A stretch of DNA of 34,431 nucleotides, taken from positions 1 to 34,431 of the forward strand of contig JADLDZ010000110.1 of assembly GCA_020846375.1 (NCBI GenBank), given 5' to 3'. Of the stretch, positions 19,091 to 27,153 are shown piece after piece (position 1 is the first letter of the stretch; the number at the start of each line of letters is the position of its first letter). This DNA is from Nitrospirales bacterium (lineage in GTDB: Bacteria; Nitrospirota; Thermodesulfovibrionia; Thermodesulfovibrionales; Dissulfurispiraceae). The position numbers were made by a program, and so were the translations under genes. Under the pieces are notes generated by a model that did no database searches, was not told where the DNA came from, and was given only the letters and a program-made list of their open reading frames with translations.

Positions 19091-19520
19091 ACGCAAGACA
19101 CCGTGGGTTGATCCCCTCGGGGTCTCGTCGCTTCTGGCGTGTCCACGCCGACTTACGCCCGCCCGCACATTTACCCTGATTCTCCATTTTGAAACCCACC
19201 GCCTGGGGGGCCGGGTGCAACCCTGGGGGTTGTGCGCGTTCTCCGAAAATGTCCTTTCCGAATTCTCCCGTTCTCCGTTTTTCGAGTCGCCTTGTTTAAC
19301 AGCCCGGTTGCATCCGGGCGCCCGCTTCGACATTTTGAACTCCCCTCCGGTAAGTATCTGCCGAAAGCCGGACCAGTGGGTCCAGTGCAAGCGGATTACC
19401 AGACAGCGGAAACGGCCGTGAGAACGGAGACCGTTGTGGGTGCCTACGACATCGCCTTCGGGTGGTGTCGGATGGGCCGCATCTTTCCTCGATGCGCTGA
19501 TCAAACATGGTCTTGCCTAG

Positions 19521-19736
19521 GTGCAGGACGACAAACCCGCACAGATATCCATCTCCGCCTTGGTCTGGCAGGGCGTCGACGCGCTCCGGCTCTCGGGGTT
19601 GACCAACATGCTCGACCGGCCGGCCGGAGATCTCGGCTATCCCGACTCCGCGCGTTGGATCGAGGAGCATCCGAAGGAATACGCCGAGGGCGTATTCCGC
19701 GGGTTCATTGTCGACCCGCAGGGAGGGAAATCCTGA
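19521..19736 (+). other. Unassigned ORF fragment, translationally coupled (TGATG) to the next gene; probably the 3' remnant of a decayed gene
   Basis: The ORF ends at TGA 19734-19736, overlapping the ATG at 19736. The same frame continues upstream across a TAG at 19518. Further upstream, protein-like stretches switch frame. Confidence 0.25.
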
Positions 19737-20236
19737 TGTGCGGGCTCGCGGGCGTCATTTTTGGAAAGAAGCGACGGTGCGCCGAGGAGCGGGAGCACCT
19801 CGCCTGGCTCTTCACTCGCCTGTTGATATTGAGCGAGGAGCGCGGTCCCCATGCCACCGACGCGGCTTGGCTCGATATCGACAGATGCCACCGTCTCTTC
19901 AAACGCCCGGTGACGGCCGAGCGGTTTGTGAAGGAGCGGCTCCGCCGCTGCCGCGGGCAGATCACCGCCATCATCGCCTGCCGGACCGATCCGGAAACCG
20001 TCATCGTGCTCAAAGGGAACCGGCCGTTGGAAATGCGGTGGCATCCCCGCCGCAAGGCGGTCCTCTACGCGTCGGACCCGGCGTACCTCGACGCCGTGCT
20101 GGCGGAGGAACAAGGCTGGAGGGAGCTTCCGGTCCCGCCCATGAGCCTGGTGGTGTTCCGGCGCGAGGACCTGGCCGCGTATTCGGTGGAGCCCTTCGAG
20201 TTCGTCGCCCAGGAGAGAAAGGGGGCGGAACAGTGA
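19736..20236 (+). CDS. Class-II (Ntn, N-terminal Cys) glutamine amidotransferase-like protein, apparently internally shortened
   Basis: The sequence starts MCGLAGVIFG and continues ...ERGPHAT. The central catalytic region expected in GAT-II domains seems absent. At 166 aa it may be a remnant. Confidence 0.5.
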   Translation: MCGLAGVIFGKKRRCAEEREHLAWLFTRLLILSEERGPHATDAAWLDIDRCHRLFKRPVTAERFVKERLRRCRGQITAIIACRTDPETVIVLKGNRPLEMRWHPRRKAVLYASDPAYLDAVLAEEQGWRELPVPPMSLVVFRREDLAAYSVEPFEFVAQERKGAEQ

Positions 20237-20802
20237 CAGACACCCCAATGAACCCAGCAATGAATCCAACAGAACCCTCGAAGCCGAACACAACCGGAAT
20301 GCTGAGACTCTTCGTCTACGGCACCCTGAAGCGCGGTTTCTGGAACCACGACCGCTTTTGCCGGGGTGTCCTGACAGTAGAGGATGCAGTGGTCCGCGGC
20401 CGCCTCTTCGAGACATCCTCCGGCATCCCGGTCCTGAAGGTTCCGGAGGAGGACATCCTCGCCGTCGGGACCACCAACCCGCTCGCCGACGTGGCCACAC
20501 AATCGCACGTAACGACCCGCATGTCCAATCCCGAGCCAACCCCCGACCGGCTCCCGAAGAAGAGCACAGGCACGCCCTGGGGCCCCGTGTACGGGGAGCT
20601 TCTTGCCTTCGACGACCCCGAGACCCGCCTCCCGGCCATTGACCGGCTGGAGGGGTTCCACCCCGGCGGTCCCTGCCTCTACCGCCGCGTCCTGGTCCCT
20701 GTCCGGATAAACGGAACCGTTCTCCCGACCTGGCTCAATGCGGGTGATTGCCACATCTCCGGTAGGCTTACGTCGCTTTGTGGCTCTCGTTGGCCCAGAT
20801 AG
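20233..20802 (+). CDS. Gamma-glutamylcyclotransferase (GGCT/AIG2-like) family protein
   Basis: It carries LRLFVYGTLKRGFWNHDRF...VRGRLF...PVL and LEGF...YRRV. The GTG start overlaps the upstream TGA (GTGA). Alternative ATG starts are at 20248 and 20299. Confidence 0.7.
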   Translation: MTDTPMNPAMNPTEPSKPNTTGMLRLFVYGTLKRGFWNHDRFCRGVLTVEDAVVRGRLFETSSGIPVLKVPEEDILAVGTTNPLADVATQSHVTTRMSNPEPTPDRLPKKSTGTPWGPVYGELLAFDDPETRLPAIDRLEGFHPGGPCLYRRVLVPVRINGTVLPTWLNAGDCHISGRLTSLCGSRWPR

Positions 20803-20842
20803 CCACCGCTCGGTCAAACCCGGAGAAACTCAGGAAAACCCT

Positions 20843-20870
20843 TTGACACGCACTCCGACTTTCGTATAGT
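20843..20870 (+). promoter_or_regulatory. Candidate sigma70-type promoter for the HTH / RtcR-like genes
   Basis: TTGACA (20843-20848), a 16-nt spacer, then TATAGT (20865-20870). Confidence 0.5.
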
Positions 20871-20997
20871 ATGTGCCAGTTTGTTCTGTTCGGACCGGAT
20901 GGAGGCCAATAGGTGCTATCCTGCACCGGGCTTTTGGCATAACCGAAGGACAGAGGTGGTCGGGATGGGACGAGACCCTGTGCGACTGGAGTCAGTG

Positions 20998-21208
20998 ATG
21001 GAAGATCGATGACTTTCCGTAGATGAGATCGCGGCCTATCTCGGCATCAAGCGGGATGCGGTCTACAAAATGGATATCTGAAAAGCAGATGCCGGCGCAC
21101 CGGTTGGGCCGCCTCTGGAAATTCCGCAAGGAAGAGGTGGACGAGTGGGTAAAGACAGGGGGAGCAGCGGAGTCCGTTTCTCAGAATTCGGATACGGGGA
21201 AGAAATGA
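20998..21208 (+). pseudogene. Excisionase/AlpA-type (HTH_17-like) DNA-binding protein, disrupted by an in-frame TGA and a +1 frameshift
   Basis: It reads MEDR-TGA(21010-21012)-LSVDEIAAYLGIKRDAVYK. An extra A in the run at 21067-21070 then shifts the frame into WISEKQMPAHRLGRLWKFRKEEVDEWVKTGGA. Confidence 0.7.
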
Positions 21209-22701
21209 TGAATGTTCTGCTGACATTTACAGGATTTCATGACCCTTATTTCAAGGGATTGGTTGACCAGGAGGAACAGCCTGGACCCATCCTTTCCCTC
21301 CTATCCACACGCTCTTTCGATCATATATTTCTCTTCGATACCCCAAGCACGCAGCGGGTTACCGGGGAAACAAAGGACGCTATCAAGAAGCTCCATCACA
21401 GGAGCGAGGTTCACGTTCTCGAAATCAACCTTGCCGATCCGACGAATTACCAAGAGATATTCAGGGGGCTCAAAGCTCATCTCCATCGTATCATTGAGGA
21501 TTTTGCTTCAGCACGCTTCTTTGTCGCAGTCGCGTCGGGAACGCCCCATATGCATGCCTGCTGGGTTCTCCTTACGGCCTCCGGCGAAATTCCCGCCCGC
21601 ATCCTCCATGTGCGACCACCGCATTTTGTGACAAAACAACACCCGCTCGTGACCGAGGTGGATTTGTCCTCGCATGAGTTCCCTACCGTCAGGTTCCAGG
21701 ATGTATCGATTCCTGTTGAAGAGAGCCAAGCCGATGTCGATTCCGTCAGAGTGCAGCTTGGCATTGTGGGAGATCACTCCGCGATGCAGCGTTCACTCGA
21801 GTTGGGTGCGATGCTGGCTCCATCACAGGCCCCGGTCCTCATCTTTGGCGAGACAGGGACCGGCAAGGAGCTATTCGCACGGTACATTCACCGATTGAGT
21901 GGAAGGCCGCGAGAGATCTTTGTCGCTGTAAATTGTGCAGCAATTCCAGAAGACCTTGTCGAAAGCCTGCTATTCGGTCACAAGAAAGGAGCCTTTACTG
22001 GCGCGATCAACGACCAGGTTGGGAAGTTCGATACGGCGGATAAAGGGACCCTTTTCCTTGATGAGCTCGGAGAGCTTCCCATACCCACACAGGCCAAGTT
22101 GCTGAGAGTTCTGCAAGATGGACTGGTGGAGCCGATTGGACAAGCCAAGGCGCATAAGGTTGACGTGCGGATTGTGGGTGCAACGAATCGGGACTTACGC
22201 AAGCTGGTGAGGCAAGGTAAATTCCGCGAAGATCTTTTTTATAGGCTCAACGTCGGCGAAATCAAACTTCCTCCGCTCCGTGAAAGACGCTCTGACATTC
22301 CCAAACTGGCGCTTCACATTCTCGACAGGTTGAATGGCTCTTTGCGACGACCCAAGAGGTTGTCGGCGGAAGCCTTGTCCAGGCTGCAATCTCACAACTG
22401 GGCGGGGAATGTTCGCGATTTAGAAAACGTCATCGAGAGGTCTGTTCGTCTTTGCCGCAATGATGTTTTGGACGCAGACGACCTCCTAATCACGGAACCG
22501 GTCACCTACGCGGACCCACTGGATGCACTTCCCGAGCCCTACGAGGGATTCTCATTGGATGAGTTTCTCGGGAGCGCTCGGAAGCAAATGATTCTCCGGG
22601 CGCTTGAAGCAGCCAACGGCAACCAAAGCCAAGCGGCTCGAATGCTTGGGATCACGCCGCAGGCGGTGCATAAGTTCTTGCAATCGAGACCAAAGACTTA
22701 A
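21205..22701 (+). CDS. RtcR-family sigma54-dependent transcriptional activator (N-terminal CARF-like domain + AAA+ + Fis-type HTH)
   Basis: The N-terminal segment LEINLADPTNYQEIF...VAVASGTPHMHACWVLLTASGEIPARILHVRPP is colinear with E. coli RtcR VEIELHNPWDFEEVY...IHITTGTHVAQICWFLLAEARYLPARLIQSSPP. Walker A (GETGTGKE), GAFTGA, Walker B (LFLDELGEL) and FREDLFYRL are intact. The C-terminal HTH is QSQAARMLGITPQAVHKFL. Confidence 0.8.
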   Translation: MMNVLLTFTGFHDPYFKGLVDQEEQPGPILSLLSTRSFDHIFLFDTPSTQRVTGETKDAIKKLHHRSEVHVLEINLADPTNYQEIFRGLKAHLHRIIEDFASARFFVAVASGTPHMHACWVLLTASGEIPARILHVRPPHFVTKQHPLVTEVDLSSHEFPTVRFQDVSIPVEESQADVDSVRVQLGIVGDHSAMQRSLELGAMLAPSQAPVLIFGETGTGKELFARYIHRLSGRPREIFVAVNCAAIPEDLVESLLFGHKKGAFTGAINDQVGKFDTADKGTLFLDELGELPIPTQAKLLRVLQDGLVEPIGQAKAHKVDVRIVGATNRDLRKLVRQGKFREDLFYRLNVGEIKLPPLRERRSDIPKLALHILDRLNGSLRRPKRLSAEALSRLQSHNWAGNVRDLENVIERSVRLCRNDVLDADDLLITEPVTYADPLDALPEPYEGFSLDEFLGSARKQMILRALEAANGNQSQAARMLGITPQAVHKFLQSRPKT

Positions 22702-22714
22702 ACCATGGTTTAAG
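22697..22714. promoter_or_regulatory. Perfect 18-bp palindrome CTTAAACCATGGTTTAAG, candidate enhancer (UAS) site 1
   Basis: The sequence is self-complementary and overlaps the stop codon of the RtcR-like gene. It shares the core TTmAACC-N2-GGTTkAA with site 2. Confidence 0.55.
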
Positions 22715-22718
22715 ATGT

Positions 22719-22734
22719 TTCAACCTGGGTTGAA
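22719..22734. promoter_or_regulatory. Palindrome TTCAACC-TG-GGTTGAA, candidate enhancer (UAS) site 2
   Basis: It has 7-bp perfect arms. Its centre is 21 bp from the centre of site 1 and about 87 bp upstream of the -24 GG. Confidence 0.55.
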
Positions 22735-22811
22735 GGATAAAATGATGTCAGGACTAACGACAAGGATACTAACACTTTTAATTACAACGGGTTGCCGCTC
22801 GTTCCGGGAAG

Positions 22812-22827
22812 TGGCATGGGCTTTGCT
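22812..22827 (+). promoter_or_regulatory. Sigma54 (-24/-12) promoter
   Basis: TGGCAT-GGGCT-TTGCT compared with the consensus TGGCAC-N5-TTGCW. An AAAGGAG Shine-Dalgarno sequence and the ATG at 22882 follow about 45 nt downstream of the predicted start site. Confidence 0.7.
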
Positions 22828-22881
22828 TCCTATCGGACGCAGACAGACCGAGCAAGGGTCCGAAACCAGAAAGGAGCGGCC

Positions 22882-23166
22882 ATGCCAACATTTACGGTCA
22901 CATCAATCATCGACGGAGATACTTTTGAGGTCCACCCCCTATGGAAATGGAACGGTGAGGCGGGTACCCGAGTCCGCCCGGCGGGCTACGATGCCCCGGA
23001 GCTTCACGCATATGGAGGCCAAGCGGCTAAGGACAAGTTGTCAAAGCTCATATGTGCGGGGCAAGTCGAACTCCGGACGGCCTACAAGATCGACCGAGGA
23101 CGCTTGGTCTGCGAAGTTTTTTTCAGAAACACGAATCTTGCGGATTACTTTCCCGAGTGGCAGTGA
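22882..23166 (+). CDS. Small thermonuclease (SNase)-like protein
   Basis: 94 aa. IIDGDTFEV...RVRPAGYDAPEL...GQAAKDKL...DRGRLVCEV follows the SNase pattern DGDT...RLxGIDAPE...G.eA...D.YGR.L. Confidence 0.65.
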   Translation: MPTFTVTSIIDGDTFEVHPLWKWNGEAGTRVRPAGYDAPELHAYGGQAAKDKLSKLICAGQVELRTAYKIDRGRLVCEVFFRNTNLADYFPEWQ

Positions 23167-23193
23167 TCGGCTGGAATTTCAGGAGGAGCGCCT

Positions 23194-25473
23194 GTGAAGG
23201 ATTATTCGACTGAAGCAGATGCGAGGATTGTCATCGACGATCTGCTCTGCCAAGCGGGATGGGACCCCGCCGACAAGTCACAGGTGCTCACCGAGGTTTC
23301 TATTCGTGACACATCATGGGTGATCTCTGATCCCGTGGCTCCCTATGGATACAAACCCAGCCGGAAAACGAAAGACGGTGATGAGATACCAACCGGTCGC
23401 GCTGACTATGTCTTGATGGACCGGAACGGCCGCCCGCTTGCCATCATAGAGGCAAAGCGCACGGCCATAGAGCCATATACGGCCAAACAACAGGCGCTGC
23501 CATATGCCAAAAAAATCGGATCGCCGTTCATCTTTCTTACGAATGGCGAACTCATCTATTTCTGGGACTACGGCAACGACGACGCCCGGATCGTAAATTC
23601 CTTCTTTTCCCGCCGCGACCTTGAGCGATTGGTGGAGATGCGCACCACCCGCAAGCCGCTCGCTACAATAGAAATCCCAGAGTATTACCTGCGCCAAGGC
23701 GAGACCCGGCAGGTGCGGCCCTACCAGAGTGACACCATGCAGGCTCTGGACCACGCTGTGGAGCTCGGCAAGCGCCGTTTTCTGATTGAACTACCCACCG
23801 GCACAGGCAAGACGGATCTCGTCTCCATATATATCAAGCGGCTCATCCAGGCCGGACGCGCCGAGCGCATTTTGTTCCTGGTAGACAGGGAGCAGCTTGC
23901 CAAACAGGCGCTCGAAGCCATTCAAGACATTCTAAACCAATACAGCAGCTACTGGTTGCGCCCAGGCATGGTTCGGCAGGAACAACAGATTACGGTCTGT
24001 CTGCTTCAGACGATGATCAGCCGTTACACGGAATTCACCAGTGGCTATTTTGACGTGCTCATAGCCGACGAATGCCACCGGTCCATCTATGGCTCCTGGC
24101 AGACCGCGCTTACGCATTTTGATGCGCTTCACATAGGACTGACTGCAACACCCTCGGCCTATATCGAGCGGAACACCTTCCAATTCTATCAGTGCCACGA
24201 CGGCCAGCCGGATTTCGCCTTTCCGATCCTGCAGGCGTTTCGGGACGGTTTTCTGGTGCCCTACAAATTTGCCACCGGCATCACTCAAATCCTTGCTGAA
24301 GGTGCGGAGGTCGATGAACAAACATACGACCCGTCCGAATTTGAACGCAAATGGACGAACGAAGACTCCAACAAGAAAATGATGCAGGAGTTCGACCGGC
24401 TCGCCTGGGAGAACTTCAAAGAGTTGGCTCCCGGTCAAAAGACCGGACCTGGCAAGACCATCGTTTTTGCCATCACCAAGCACCATGCCGCAAGGCTGGC
24501 TCATTTCCTGAACGAATTACATCCTGAACTCAAGGGGCAGTACGCTGAGGTTATCACCAGCGACGTTGCGGACGCCGACGATCTCATCCGCAAGTTCAAA
24601 CGCGAGGAGTATCCGCAGGTTGCCGTCAGCGTCGGCATGCTCGATACCGGTTTCGACTGCCGGGAAGTGCTCCACCTGGTAATGTGCCGCCGGGTGCGCA
24701 GTCCCATCCTCTACCAACAGATGCGGGGTCGCGGAACGCGCACGGCAGATCATATCCAGAAGCGAAAATTCGTCATCTATGATTTCTTCGGCAACCACGA
24801 CTACTTCAACGATAGCGATACCGACATCTTCACCGGCATCGGTCGCGGACATGCTCCTGGCGGCGAACGCAAACCACCCAAACCGCCAGGCGACCTTGTC
24901 GAGCTTGGCCTCGAGGACGAGTGGCTTCACGCGGTTACCTATGTCGAGGTGGGGCCGGAGGGTGAGCGAGTCGACAAGCGCGACTATGTCACCAATTGGG
25001 AGACCAGCGTTCAATCTGCCGTGAAGGATGACCCGATCATCCAGAAGGTGCGGCGAGGAGAATTACTCACCGAAGACGAGGAAAAGGCGCTGGCTGACCG
25101 ATTAAACCGGCCGGAGATGTATTTCAACGAGGAGAACCTTCGCAGGGCTTACCGACAGCCGGGTGGCAACCTAATCGATTTTATTAAGGCCGCTCTTGGC
25201 AGCCTCAAGATAAAACCCCGCGAAGAAGAATTGACCGAGAATTTCCAGGCGTGGCTGGTCGCAAAATCGATCACACCCCAGCAGGCGCAGTATCTTTCAC
25301 TCCTCAAGAACCGCGGCATCGCCCGCGGCCGCATCGAGCTGGAGGATTTGTTCCAGCCGCCACTTTCCATTTTGAATGCGGCAGAGTTGGGCGTTGAGCT
25401 CTTCGGCGAGAGGGGGCTCAAGGAAATCATCCAGGATTTGAACGATTCGGTCTTCATGAAGAAGGTCGCATAA
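23194..25473 (+). CDS. hsdR: Type I restriction enzyme R subunit (HsdR)
   Basis: The N-terminal nuclease/HSDR_N region reads EADARIVIDDLLCQAGW...GRADYVLMD...AIIEAKR. SF2 motifs are ELPTGTGKT, DECHRS, LTATP and QMRGRGTR. A GTG start follows an AGGAGGAG Shine-Dalgarno sequence. Confidence 0.9.
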   Translation: MKDYSTEADARIVIDDLLCQAGWDPADKSQVLTEVSIRDTSWVISDPVAPYGYKPSRKTKDGDEIPTGRADYVLMDRNGRPLAIIEAKRTAIEPYTAKQQALPYAKKIGSPFIFLTNGELIYFWDYGNDDARIVNSFFSRRDLERLVEMRTTRKPLATIEIPEYYLRQGETRQVRPYQSDTMQALDHAVELGKRRFLIELPTGTGKTDLVSIYIKRLIQAGRAERILFLVDREQLAKQALEAIQDILNQYSSYWLRPGMVRQEQQITVCLLQTMISRYTEFTSGYFDVLIADECHRSIYGSWQTALTHFDALHIGLTATPSAYIERNTFQFYQCHDGQPDFAFPILQAFRDGFLVPYKFATGITQILAEGAEVDEQTYDPSEFERKWTNEDSNKKMMQEFDRLAWENFKELAPGQKTGPGKTIVFAITKHHAARLAHFLNELHPELKGQYAEVITSDVADADDLIRKFKREEYPQVAVSVGMLDTGFDCREVLHLVMCRRVRSPILYQQMRGRGTRTADHIQKRKFVIYDFFGNHDYFNDSDTDIFTGIGRGHAPGGERKPPKPPGDLVELGLEDEWLHAVTYVEVGPEGERVDKRDYVTNWETSVQSAVKDDPIIQKVRRGELLTEDEEKALADRLNRPEMYFNEENLRRAYRQPGGNLIDFIKAALGSLKIKPREEELTENFQAWLVAKSITPQQAQYLSLLKNRGIARGRIELEDLFQPPLSILNAAELGVELFGERGLKEIIQDLNDSVFMKKVA

Positions 25474-25482
25474 GGAGCAGCG

Positions 25483-27153
25483 ATGAACCAGGATTTGCGC
25501 AGAAAATTGAACCGGATCACCGACATCCTTTGGGCCGGCGGTGTGACCAATCCGGTTACCTATATCGAGCAGATTTCGTATCTGATTTACCTTAAGCTGC
25601 TCGACGAGGAGGAATCCAGCCGCGAGCTCAAGGCCCGGCTCATGGGAAAACAGACCAACGGTAACGGCAAACTGCTCTACCCGAAACAGGCCGAGCGTTT
25701 CCGCTGGTCCAAGTGGCGTTTCAAGAGTGGTACGGATCTGCGCGACTTCGTGCGCGACCACGTTTTTCCCTATATGGCTTCGCTGGTGAAGGAGGAGCCG
25801 CAGATCGCAGAGTATTTCCGCGACGCCGTGCTTGAGGTCGTTGACCCCAACGTGCTCAAGCAAGTGGTGGACGAGATCGACGGCATTGACTTCGCCAAGC
25901 TCGGCACCGACGTGAAGGGCGACATCTTCGAATACATGCTGACCCACCTGGGGCAGTCCGCTCTGAATGGCCAATTTCGAACGCCTCGCCAGATCCGCAC
26001 CATGATGGTCGAGATGTTGGACCCCAACCTCGGCGATACGATCTATGACCCGGCTTGCGGTACCGGCGGCTTCCTTATCGATGCTGTCGAGTACATTCTG
26101 GCCAGATACTCAACCGAGCCTCAGGAAGTACCCATCTACGGCGAGGAGTGGCTGGAAAAGCGCGCCCAATCCATCAAGGAAGCGCAGAAGGACATCCCAA
26201 CCTTGCAGACCTACCGCAAGGGACCGGGTGAAAAGATTCCCAACTGGGAGCTTTTGGAGCGCTCCATCTACGGCATCGACGTATCGCGCCAGATGATGCG
26301 GATCGCCATGATGAATCTGGTGCTACACGGCATCCGCCAGGCCAACGTTAAGCGCGCCAACACGCTATCCGATATGGGTGGTCTCAGCGAGGACGATCTG
26401 AACCGCCGCTACAAGGTGATCCTTTCCAATCCGCCCTTTGCCGGCGTCCTTCCCAAAGAGTCGATCCGTAAGGACCTGCCCACCAACTCCAAAAAGAGCG
26501 AGCTGCTCTTTCTGGGTGTGATGATGGAGGCCTTGGCGCCGGGCGGCCAGTGTGCGGTGGTTGTGCCCGAGGGGCTCCTTTTCGGTTCGACCTCGGCGCA
26601 CGTAGAACTCCGACGAAAACTCGTCGAGGATTTCGATTTACTGGCTGTGGTCTCCCTGCCTGCTGGAGTATTCAAACCCTACGCCGGAGTCAAGACCGGG
26701 GTCCTGGCCTTCCGGATGCCAGCTTCAAGCGTTAAGAAGGACAAAAAGACCAAGCATAAGGAAAAGGTCTGGTTCTACGATGTGCGTGCAGACGGTTTCG
26801 ACCCTGACAAGATTTCCGGTGGCGGCAGGCCTGAAACCCCCGAACGGAACGACATCCCTGATCTTCTCAGCAAATGGAAGGCCTGCAAGGAATCGAAGTT
26901 CTCGAATCCGCCGGGTGTCGAGGCCGGAACCCTTTTGCAACCCGGAAGCGACGAGCCGCGCTGCTGGTGGGCAACCATCAAATCTGTCGCCGAAAACGAT
27001 TACAACCTTGCTGCGGGACGCTACAAGCCTCAGATTGCTGAAAAGGCTCCGGATGATGACCCGAAGCAGCTTATTAGGGAGACACTGACGATTGAACATG
27101 AGATCGCTGGTGGTTTGGAGAGGTTGCTTCAATACATGGAGGCGGTCGAATGA
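25483..27153 (+). CDS. hsdM: Type I restriction-modification N6-adenine DNA methyltransferase (HsdM)
   Basis: An HsdM N-terminal helical domain is followed by motif I DPACGTGGFL and motif IV LSNPPFAG. Confidence 0.92.
   Translation: MNQDLRRKLNRITDILWAGGVTNPVTYIEQISYLIYLKLLDEEESSRELKARLMGKQTNGNGKLLYPKQAERFRWSKWRFKSGTDLRDFVRDHVFPYMASLVKEEPQIAEYFRDAVLEVVDPNVLKQVVDEIDGIDFAKLGTDVKGDIFEYMLTHLGQSALNGQFRTPRQIRTMMVEMLDPNLGDTIYDPACGTGGFLIDAVEYILARYSTEPQEVPIYGEEWLEKRAQSIKEAQKDIPTLQTYRKGPGEKIPNWELLERSIYGIDVSRQMMRIAMMNLVLHGIRQANVKRANTLSDMGGLSEDDLNRRYKVILSNPPFAGVLPKESIRKDLPTNSKKSELLFLGVMMEALAPGGQCAVVVPEGLLFGSTSAHVELRRKLVEDFDLLAVVSLPAGVFKPYAGVKTGVLAFRMPASSVKKDKKTKHKEKVWFYDVRADGFDPDKISGGGRPETPERNDIPDLLSKWKACKESKFSNPPGVEAGTLLQPGSDEPRCWWATIKSVAENDYNLAAGRYKPQIAEKAPDDDPKQLIRETLTIEHEIAGGLERLLQYMEAVE

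Noticed and set aside
19108-19128. GGGTTGATCCCCTCGGGGTC, weakly similar to the tRNA-Asn T-arm and 3' end (GGGTTCGAGTCCCTCCCCGGG). It could be an old att scar.
   Set aside because: There are roughly 15 matches out of 23 and gaps are required. This is too weak to call without the other island end or related genomes.
19088-19504. Search for a tyrosine or serine integrase, or a remnant of one, next to tRNA-Asn. This included the 138-aa minus-strand ORF.
   Set aside because: No integrase-like motif (R..HxxR..Y region) appeared in any of the frames I translated. The minus-strand ORF is Arg-rich and of low complexity.
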